Below, in pieces: positions 54,782-64,000 of a stretch of DNA of 64,000 nt. Origin of the DNA: Eledone cirrhosa (Eukaryota); NCBI GenBank assembly GCA_964016885.1, contig OZ024757.1:42036001-42100000 (forward strand), given 5' to 3'. The notes beneath the pieces were generated by a model. It ran no database searches and was not told the origin of the DNA. It worked only from the letters and a program-made list of their open reading frames with translations. Both the position numbers and the translations under genes were made by a program. The first letter of the stretch is position 1. Every line of letters begins with the position of its first letter.

Positions 54782-55070
54782 TTTCGTTAAGTAAATTATA
54801 TTATTCATAGAAACTTTATACTACAGAATATAACCTATCTGGGTTTTCGTAGCGTTAAGCGACTGATGATGCAGGATATCAGTCCATCGCAGTGTTAAAT
54901 CCTAGGTTATTACTGGTACTTTCGGCTGAGTTTATTGGATCAACGTGCTCAGAAACACCCGATATTCATTGTAGAATATATACAAATAGTTTCGGGAGAA
55001 AAATATAATTTAGGGGTCCATGGCCGCCCGTCCCCTTTATAAAAAAAAAATCTTTAGCACCGCCACGTTG

Positions 55071-55184
55071 GATTTTATTTTCTGATATAATGATGAACAC
55101 TGGTCGGAGTACTGTGCTGTTTTCAGCATTGATGACAACTCTAATCGTTCGTAGCTTCTGATTATAATTATCAGAAATAAAATC
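55071..55184 (+). ncRNA. Box C/D snoRNA, target unassigned, copy 1
   Basis: C ATGATGA 55090-55096, internal hairpin TGCTG/CAGCA, C' TGATGA, D CTGA 55158-55161, long external stem GATTTTATTTTCTGATA/TATCAGAAATAAAATC. Confidence 0.8.
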
Positions 55185-55399
55185 AGTTTGGTGTCTTTAC
55201 AAACTATGTTTTGTAAAAATAAGGTTGAATAAAATATTTTAAACATTGTAAGGTATTAGCATATCAAATGTTTGATTTGTGCTTCTCAAAATATTTCAAT
55301 AGACTTTGTCCAGAGCTATAGTTTTTCTAAAGTAGATTGAGGAATCGAACCTACGATATTCAGTCCGTGTTTAATCGGTCGGGGGACCATGTGTCCAGT

Positions 55400-55448
55400 C
55401 TGTAAATCTGCTTCTAGGTCTGGAATATCCTCGCCACTATTTGACTCG
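55400..55448 (+). pseudogene. Truncated fourth U80-like copy
   Basis: gtaaatctgcttctaggtc flank plus tatcctcgccactatttgactc (guide and D box mutated, C box deleted). Confidence 0.55.
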
Positions 55449-55676
55449 ATATTTTATTAGCAATCGATCCATCGTAAGTAAATTATATTCATACAGTGCG
55501 ACAAAACCCGAGTTGGATTGATTAGTTTAGCTGTTTATCAACTAAGGTATAAAAAAAAATTCGATATGTGATAAACATTTGTAGAATATATACAAATAGT
55601 TTCGGGAGAAAAATATAATTTAGGGGTCCATGGCCGCCCGTCTCCTTTATAAAAAATCTTTAGCACCACCACGTTG

Positions 55677-55790
55677 GATTTTATTTTCTGATATAATGAT
55701 GAACACTGGTCGGAGTACTGTGCTGTTTTCAGCATTGATGACAACTCTAATCGTTCGTAGCTTCTGATTATAATTATCAGAAATAAAATC
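55677..55790 (+). ncRNA. Box C/D snoRNA, target unassigned, copy 2
   Basis: Identical to copy 1 at +606 nt (C 55696-55702, D 55764-55767), within the local duplication ~54968-55250 / 55578-55880. Confidence 0.8.
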
Positions 55791-58022
55791 AGTTTGGTAT
55801 CTTTACTTATTTCCCTTCTCTAATTGACTTTATAAACTGTTCTGTAAAAAATAAAGTTGAATAAAATATTTTAAACATTGTTGTTGTTCTTATACTTAGC
55901 CCAAGTGTGACTTGTTCTGCTTTATAGGACATGAAAGATATCGATACCCGTTTTTTTTTTGTTTTTTTTTTATTAGTATCGCTATGGTGTCAGACCGGTA
56001 ATGGAATAATTCTGTGTATAACAGACGACAGTGGCTCTTATGGACATCTAAGAAATATTTATTAAAATAATCAAACTTCCAAGTGTCAGTAATCGGCATA
56101 AACTATAGGGTTCCTTTGATAAGGAGAACCTCACAGTTTCTATGTTTAATATATATATATATCTAACAACCTTGGGTGTGTGTTAATTCACTGGGTAATT
56201 GCTGGCCTTGTGCCTAAAGTAGAAACAGTTATCATGAGGCCAATACACAGCAGGAAAATACCTAAGTATGTGTATTGCATAAAAAAAAAAAAAAGCATTC
56301 AAAGCTTATACCTTTATTGACGGCACTGGTACACTAGTAACTTTAAAAAGATCAGACAGTTATTACAAGTCATGTTGGATGTCGCCTAAAGTGATGAGCT
56401 GTGGTCCTGCTACCCTATAATCAGACATTCCAGCAATTTTAATGTTGTCCTTCACATTTTTTAATAATTTGGCTGCTATTTCAGCAATTTACTCGAATAA
56501 AAAAAAAAACTAGTGTCTCCCTGCTGGTTGTACAGGACTTCGAGGCAGGAATTTAATTTTATAAATTGGGATGCGCAAGGTTAGATTTAACCTTGGGATC
56601 CCCAATTTTACATATCAAAGTTAGCTTATTGGAATTGAACTGGTATTAAATTCAAACATTCTAAAACTAAAAAGACCAGCTAAGGGCACAAATAAATTGC
56701 TACGGCCGTCGTTGGTGGGGCCCGGGGTGAAGGTGGAAAATATGAGATGCAATGCTTCAGCTTGTGCCCAGCAATGCTTCAGCTTGTGCCCATGAGTTTG
56801 AGAATACTTTTTTCTCCACCAATCTGAAAAGGATCATGGGTACTGATGTAACGTAGTAAAAATATAAAAACAAAGGATATGGTGGTTTTTAAGAAGATAT
56901 TTAATAGAAGTTGGTCTTAAAACGCATTTGATATAAATGTAGGAGAAATGAGCACAAATCCATGAAGACCTGAGGGTCTCATATTTCTGTGTAAAAATAT
57001 AAAACATTCAAAAGAATTCAAATCTTAAACTGGTAAATTGAAATACAGAAACATGCATATTTTTTTAAAGATGTGGATGTGGAAAGAAATTTTTTAAATA
57101 AAAGGTTTCCATTTCTCAAAGTTAAGAGAATTCTGTGTTAGCTTAATGTATCAAAAACTTTAAATATATATATTTTTTTTACAATCTGTTGTAAAACAGT
57201 CCTGCACATTGAATTATAAAATTCCATGTGAACAAGGTTTAGATTAATATTTAAAACTTGCAAAGTCTTTGGAAATACATTAAATGTGTGTATGTATATA
57301 TATATATTCGAAGTAGAGTGTGACAAGACACCCATTTATCTTTGGAAATACACACATACATTATATATAATGGAAGTGGAATGTGACAAAACACCCAAAT
57401 TTATAGAATTATGCAAATATAAACAAGACTTAAAAAACATCAAAGCTGTCACAGTTGGTAGAAAGTCGTAAGGAGTTCCAACAGTTTAAATTACTTGTTT
57501 GTTCTTCCAAATGAAGGGATTTATAGAAATTCCCACAAAAAATCCAGAATTGTAGGTTAAACTTCGTACATCTCTTAAGGACCCAGTGCTGAAAGAATAG
57601 CGTGGAGGACGGGTGATACGTGACTAAAGCACAAAGCAATGTTTTTGTAGGAGAGAAAGTATAGTCAAATATACTATCTCAATGGTTTCTGACTTAGGCA
57701 CAAGGCCAGCAATTTTAGGGGAGGGGAAAGCGATACTGGTGCTTTATTTTATCGACCCTGTAGGGATGAAAGGCAAAGCTAACCTCGGCGAGATTTGAAC
57801 TTAGAACGTAAACGGCAATAAGGACGCCACAAAGCATGTCCGGCGCTCTACCGATTCTGTCAATCCACCAATATACTATATTAATGGCACTTAGTCCGAC
57901 CTCCAAGTGGGATAAATCTCCATCGTTGAAACTGCTGTTCTACCATTCTTAATGACATCAATTGTGAGTTACACTCAACGAAACAAACAAAAATATTCAA
58001 CTCATAGAATAAATCTATCTTT

Positions 58023-58053
<31 letters not shown>

Positions 58054-59171
58054 CACACACTTCAACAGCATTCTAATAAAAAGTATGTATACATTTCTGT
58101 GTGTGTGTATATATATATATAAAGAAATTATTGTGAGCGTGAAGCCAACAGTATTTCATAATATAAGTGACTATAACGTCAAAATGGAAAATAATTCAAA
58201 CTCAATTAAAAAAAAAATATATATATATATAGTGTCCCAAAAGATGTATACACACTTCAGCATTCTAATAAAAGAATGTATACATTTTTTTGAGAGAAAC
58301 CATGTATGTATACATACACATATATATACACCAAATTAATTGACGGAGTTAAAAACTCACATTAATCCCTATAATTTAGGGAGCTCAAGGAATATATATT
58401 CCGGGCTCTTTATAAATCAACATATAGAGATATGTGCTCAATCATAGGGGATATATATATATATATACACACACACACGGTGTCCCAAAAACGTATACAC
58501 AGTATGTATACATTTTGGGGGAGGAACACGCTGTTTGTGTATCTATATATATATATAAAGATAAAACTGTCAGTAAATATAAGAAACTACATCTAAATGT
58601 TAGTTTAATAATAAAAGTTAACAGAAATTTAACGTAAAGAAAGATTTTTTTTTTTTAGTAATTTTCTTTTTTTTTTTTCAAAAGGTTAGATGACGAAATT
58701 TAACAAAGAACTCGAAATATAACTTAAAGAACAACAACCACAAAATAATATTTCCTTACTCGGAGTTTTAAAGGCTACCTGCCTTAAGTGGCATTAAATG
58801 TCAGAAACTTATATATTAAAAATTCTTTTCAAAAAGTTTTCAAAGCCATATACATGTGTATGTGAGAGAGAGGGGGGATATATATATATATATGTGTATA
58901 TATATGATACGATGTCCCAAAAAATATACACACATTCTTATAAATATTGCCTATACAGGTAATCAAAGTGTGTATACATTTTTTGGGATGCCCTGTGTGT
59001 GTATATATATATATATATATTTAAAAATTAGGTAGTAAAAAAAACCCTCTGAATAGATATATATATATAAACTAGACAAAATATATCTTCGTTAAAAGAT
59101 ATAAATAAAGAAATGGCTGGTCTTGTTCTCCTCTCCGTGAAAATATTAAATGGTGACAAAAGAGCAAAGTT

Positions 59172-61070
59172 TTATTGTGATGGCAGCGTGTTGCCCGAAT
59201 ATTGAACATTCTGCATGTACGCAATACATGGCACCATCGGAGTTTGAGAAGACTGGCATGTCGACATTGCAGCGGCTGTAGCAAAATTCTGGGGATACAT
59301 AGCATATAGTTGATGAGTATAGGAGTGCTGCGAGGGATAATAGACGGCTGTGCTCTGAACAGGTGCGGTCATGGTGGAGGCATAACGTAGAGAGGACACT
59401 GTTTGGGTTAATGAAGGTGAAGTTATGTTGGAATTCTGGAGCATACTAACAGCTTTGTGGTATTCGAAACCAAGATTGTAGAAATACCTTAAAGTTGTGA
59501 GATCAGAGAAAGGTAAATCTCTTCCGCATGGATCTTGAGAAACTCCGAAGTTGAAGTTCACTAAATTATTGGCTCGTTCCAAATAAGGAATCCAAATATG
59601 AGGATTTATAGAGATTCTTGAAGTGACATTGACTGGTGCCGCCGACAGAGAAGTTGTACTGTTGCTGACATTAGTGAGAGGCGGTTGAGCGACATTTACT
59701 AACACATTGTCGTTGGTAGAGTCAATGTTTGGTAATGTCGCTGGTAGAGACGAACTTACCAACATTTCAGTATTGGATTGATCATATTCAAACTGCTTAC
59801 AATAGTGGCATTCACAACTAATGTTCTCGTTTGGGTTATTTAACGAAGATTTATCGCCATTTACTTCCTCTATAAAATGTTCAGTGTTTTCTGGGTTTGT
59901 ATTCTTAGAATATTTATTAAAACTCCTGGAAAATTTAGCAGTTCTATTTGTAGAGTTTAATTTCCTCTGGGCGTACATTTTAGGTTGTCTACTTACACTT
60001 TTTTTCGCTTTAGTAGACGTAGTCAAATTACTAGAGACTAATTGACTCGTACCATTCATGTGTACAACCATAGTCACAGATTTTCGGCACTTTCTACCAC
60101 TTTTCAAAAGATATCGCTCATTTGAAGGTATATGCCTTAAGCAATCGTAAGAAACTTGACATTTCTTACCAAATTCTTCTATAAATACTTCAACAGGTCC
60201 CCCATTATCAGTTACTTCTTGAACATGAGCATTATATGTCCGGTCAGTCCCGTCTATAACTACTTGGCATTTGTCACCCGGTTGGAACTCAGAAAGCCTT
60301 TTCGCCAATAATTCAGCTCTTTTAGCTTCTTGCCAATTATCAAATTCAATATTCCGATAAATATCTGGATCCAGTGCCTTGGCAACTCTGTAAGGTAATG
60401 GAGGGCTAGGTTTTCTGTTCTCGCAGTCTTTTCTAGAACCAACACAGTCAAATTCCTGTTCGTTTTTCTTGTCACAAGTTACACTTTTGTTGTTTCTAAC
60501 ACGTTTGCATTTATTTTGTTTCCGTAACATATTTACAGCCTCTTCAATTTCGGTGGGCATTTCAAATACGTTACGGTACAAGATATCATAAACCACAGAC
60601 TGGCAGAGAGCTGCTTCAGGTGGGAATGATTTCGAGTAAACACTATCATAGTGAATACCATCAAAAAATAATGAAATTTGCTTCGTATAATCAGCTTTAG
60701 AGATGGAATATATACTGTCTATACCTGTATAGATAAAGAAATTTAACTTATATAGGTCAGACAATACCTTAATTTCTGTGTAGCTACCACAAACTTCATC
60801 TTCGAAGCTAAAACTTAAATCAACGCACGTGTCTTTGCTGCTTTCACTTGAAAATGAATGACTCGAAGATAATTTTCCTTCAACAGTTTTCTGTAGGTGG
60901 TCATGGAATGCCTGTGTATTAAACAACTGTTCCGAGACGGCTCTGTAGAAACAGGAGCCATCTTTAGGAATAGGTTTACGCCATAATCCTAAACCATCCA
61001 AATATAAATCCACTTCGGTTCTTGGTTTGTTATTAATACTTATAACATTAGACAAATTATTGTCTCCCAT
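59172..61070 (-). CDS. OTU-domain deubiquitinase with Tudor domain (OTUD4/ALG13/ovarian tumor family), single-exon CDS, 632 aa
   Basis: LGLWRKPIPKDGSCFYRAVSEQL (D37/C40), GIHYDSVY (His box), AALCQSVVYDILY..VF, PLPYRVAKALDPDIYRNIEFDNW, Tudor FQPGDKCQV...YNAHVQEV...GPVEVFIEEFG, C-terminal GRDLP..D..TLRYFYNLG; uninterrupted, non-repetitive ORF. Confidence 0.93.
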   Translation of the reverse strand: MGDNNLSNVISINNKPRTEVDLYLDGLGLWRKPIPKDGSCFYRAVSEQLFNTQAFHDHLQKTVEGKLSSSHSFSSESSKDTCVDLSFSFEDEVCGSYTEIKVLSDLYKLNFFIYTGIDSIYSISKADYTKQISLFFDGIHYDSVYSKSFPPEAALCQSVVYDILYRNVFEMPTEIEEAVNMLRKQNKCKRVRNNKSVTCDKKNEQEFDCVGSRKDCENRKPSPPLPYRVAKALDPDIYRNIEFDNWQEAKRAELLAKRLSEFQPGDKCQVVIDGTDRTYNAHVQEVTDNGGPVEVFIEEFGKKCQVSYDCLRHIPSNERYLLKSGRKCRKSVTMVVHMNGTSQLVSSNLTTSTKAKKSVSRQPKMYAQRKLNSTNRTAKFSRSFNKYSKNTNPENTEHFIEEVNGDKSSLNNPNENISCECHYCKQFEYDQSNTEMLVSSSLPATLPNIDSTNDNVLVNVAQPPLTNVSNSTTSLSAAPVNVTSRISINPHIWIPYLERANNLVNFNFGVSQDPCGRDLPFSDLTTLRYFYNLGFEYHKAVSMLQNSNITSPSLTQTVSSLRYASTMTAPVQSTAVYYPSQHSYTHQLYAMYPQNFATAAAMSTCQSSQTPMVPCIAYMQNVQYSGNTLPSQ

Positions 61071-61598
61071 CTTTTTTTCTTTACCTAATTCAAATACTGG
61101 AGTAAATTCGAATTCTTGCTAGCGAAGAAGTACCTCGTTCACGGGTTACTGTACACACAAGTAATTAGCAGGCGTTCTTCTCAAATACCATTTAATATAA
61201 TCTGGGAAGAAACCAATCTTTCATGATAGGTGCCCGTAATTAATTCTAAATTATCTCCCTTTGGTGCTCTGCCAATTGAACAACCTGTGGCACCCCACTC
61301 ACCAAATTCAGTTGGTCGGGTTCACAAGAGAGCCTCTACGTGGTCGCTCGAAATAGCAGTCAAATCTCCCTCAAACCACACATTACCATCTTAGATAAAG
61401 GACGATTGTTTTGTTTTTTTTCAACACTGGCGGTCTGCAAATTAGTATATATATATATATATAAGTAGAGGGGTATTTAATTTGTTGGAAATCCGACAAA
61501 TATAAATGTTTATAACTGATTTAGAGCACCCAACAGTTTACTGGAGTAAATATTCAATGATATTAAATAAATGGAAACTATATTTATAAAACCATATT

Positions 61599-61661
61599 TA
61601 TTTTATTATATATATTTCAAGGATACCAAAAGACTTTGGTACGCTTTCTTCAGATGAAATA
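61599..61661 (-). ncRNA. Minimal type I hammerhead ribozyme, family A
   Basis: Minus strand: TATTTCAT-CTGAAGA-aagc-GTACCAAA-gtct-TTTGGTAT-cctt-GAAA-TATATA-TA-ATAAAATA. Confidence 0.7.
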
Positions 61662-61780
61662 CAAAATTTGTTTTATAAATAGACATACCCAGGAAAATCA
61701 TACCTTATCAGTTGGATATTCTCTGGATAGTGAGAATATCCAACTGATAAGGTATGTCTCTATTTATAAAACAAATTTTG

Positions 61781-61843
61781 TATTTTATCTGAAGAAAGCA
61801 TACCAAAGTCTTTTGGTACCCTTGAAATATATATAATAAAATA
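61781..61843 (+). ncRNA. Minimal type I hammerhead ribozyme, family A
   Basis: Perfect helix I TATTTTAT/ATAAAATA, CTGAAGA, helix II AAG..TACCAAA-gtct-TTTGGTA..CTT, GAAA-TATATA-TA. Confidence 0.75.
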
Positions 61844-62516
61844 AATATAGTTTCCATTTATTTAATATCATTGTGTATATATATATATATACACATTATA
61901 TATATATACATATACACTGTATATGCACTATATATACTATGTTTTATCTTACAATATATATTGTCTTTGTGTCAGTGTGCCAAAAAATGGTTTAGAGGAC
62001 TCTTCAGTTGTGTCATAACAACCTCAATAAAGGTGGCACCATGATAGAATGCACCCAGTACACTCTGTAAATTTGTAAATTTGTTGGCATTAGGAAGGAC
62101 ATCTTTGGGATGTAAATGAGATATAGGACTTGGCCTGTCTAGAAGTACAATAGCTCTGATTAAGTCTGATATATATAATTTGTCACACATACACCATCAT
62201 ACATATATACACATCATCATTTGTCACACATACACACATTATACATATACTCACATATATGGTTTGTCATACATACCACAAATATGCACACAGACACATG
62301 TACAGTTCTATAGTACAGTTCTAACACACACATGTACAATTCTATGGTACAGTTCTGTTGTACAATTGTTCTATGGTACAGTTCTGTCGTACAATTGTTC
62401 TATGGTACAGTTCTGTCGTACAGTTGTTCTATAGTACAGTTCTGTAGTATAGTTGTTCTATAGTACAGTTCTAACACCAATAGACAACATCTTCAAGGTG
62501 GCCTCTCTCCATTAAC

Positions 62517-62705
62517 TAATATCGGGTGAGATAATTAGACAAACCGCACCCTAACACCCTCTCCTTTGCTGACCCTAACTGTAATATCAGGTGAGATAAT
62601 TAGACAAGCCACACCCTAACACCCTCTCCTTTGCTAACCCTAACTGTAATATCAGGTGAGATAATTAGACAAGCCACGCCCTAACATCCTCTCCTTTACT
62701 GACCC
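62517..62705. repeat. 65-bp tandem repeat (~3 copies)
   Basis: Units start at 62517, 62582 and 62647. Confidence 0.85.
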
Positions 62706-64000
62706 ACTTTATCAATATTTGATTGCCGGCTTTCAAGATAATAATCAATAGAATAGGTTATCAAAACAAAAAATAAATGAATAAATATTTTAAAATAGCA
62801 AGAACCTTAACTCTTTAGTATTTACATTACTCTATATATACTGTTGTATTTTGTAGGAAAGGTTTTATCTTACATAATATCGAATCTATGAGATTTTGGT
62901 ATTATTTATTTTGAGAACAATATCTTAACATTAGTATGAGTGGCCGGTTATTGGCCAGTTTGAACAGAAGGAGCTGAGAGAATTCTGGCTGGATACGGCT
63001 GGTTTAAATGCTAAAGAGGAAGAACTAACCCAGTATAGGACTGGTACTCTTACTATTTTTATTAATCTTGAAAAGATGAAAGGCAAAGTTGACCTTGGCT
63101 GGTTTTGAACTCAAGGCAGAGAGAGTCAGAACAAAGACCACCACAGACTTCCACCAACACTACACCTGATATTCCCCCTCCATACATACGCATATGTCTG
63201 TGTCTATATCATGACTCATACACTGTTTACTTTTCTGACATTTGTACATTATTCTATGTACTACACATGCAACTTTGATCAGTTGTAGTGCAGCTGAGCA
63301 CTGTACCCAATAATTTTCATTATTATAAGGACCACAAAAGATTCTATCCACTGTTGTAATGGCTCTGCCAGTGTTTTCTAAGAAAGGAAACAATCAGCAA
63401 TGCTTTAGTTGAGATGTTTTCTGTTGACCACAGATTGTGTAAAAAAAAACAACCCAAGTCAACAAATTGATTCAGAAATATTACGTTCTAAATGTAGCAA
63501 ATTATTGATTTCCTAGTCAGTGATTGATAATTCCCTTCGTTAGTAAATACACTAATGACATCTTTTGATAGAATCTCCTGTCTAGAGACTAAGGCGTGCC
63601 AAACAATTATAATACACGCCTGTATATATAGTTGTTATGTTCGTGTGTGTATATGTGATACATGTCTGTGTATATGTAGAAGTGTGTATGTGTACAAATT
63701 TAGGAAAACAGCCATCATTTAACGGCTTTTCCTATATTTGTACACACACACTTCAACATATTCACATAGACATGTATCACATACAGACACAAACACAATA
63801 TGTGTGTATATATATATATATATATGATGATGATGAATTATGATAAATTGAATAAATAAAAAGACAGCCAAATGACCCTCCAATATATGTAGTTCATTTT
63901 AAAACTCACTCCCAGTTCTGTTTTTCCATCCTACAGTCACATGCCAACCATAAGCTCGTTCACCCTACAGGCCATTCTCACAACTCCTCCTAATCCACCT

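Larger units (their letters stand above)
53097..56100 (+). ncRNA. Putative non-coding snoRNA host gene (UHG/SNHG/GAS5-type); 3' end approximate
   Basis: Exon 1 53097-53138 (GAG|GTATGT); acceptor after a pyrimidine tract at 53529; further candidate micro-exons near 54160, 54371 and 54607; at least seven same-strand C/D snoRNAs; no credible ORF. Confidence 0.65.
61555..61873. repeat. Imperfect fold-back palindrome, same family as 29352-29727
   Basis: Inverted arms around an 8-nt loop (tggatagt), with a few substitutions and indels. Confidence 0.85.

Noticed and set aside
56388-56440. Further C/D snoRNA starting GTGATGA at 56391
   Set aside because: No CTGA D box or terminal stem at a suitable distance.

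Overview
AT-rich, microsatellite-saturated animal genomic DNA. The repeat families suggest a cephalopod, probably Octopus (inference). The first ~45 kb has no recognisable host gene. It holds simple repeats, tRNA-derived SINEs, TTAA-flanked MITEs, LINE 3' fragments and many small hammerhead-ribozyme (HHR) elements of Penelope-like type, several arranged as fold-back palindromes. Almost all ORF-track entries there are repeat artefacts. At ~53.0-56.1 kb (+) lies an apparently non-coding snoRNA host gene with TATA/Inr promoter, micro-exons and E-boxes. It carries box C/D snoRNAs: U15-like, U52-like, three U80-like copies and two copies of a guide whose target I cannot assign. A diverged duplicate of its promoter and U15 region lies ~6 kb upstream. 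The only convincing protein-coding gene is an intronless OTU+Tudor protein (OTUD4/ALG13/otu family) at 59172-61070 (-). All family assignments come from reading by eye and recalled reference sequences; no searches were run.
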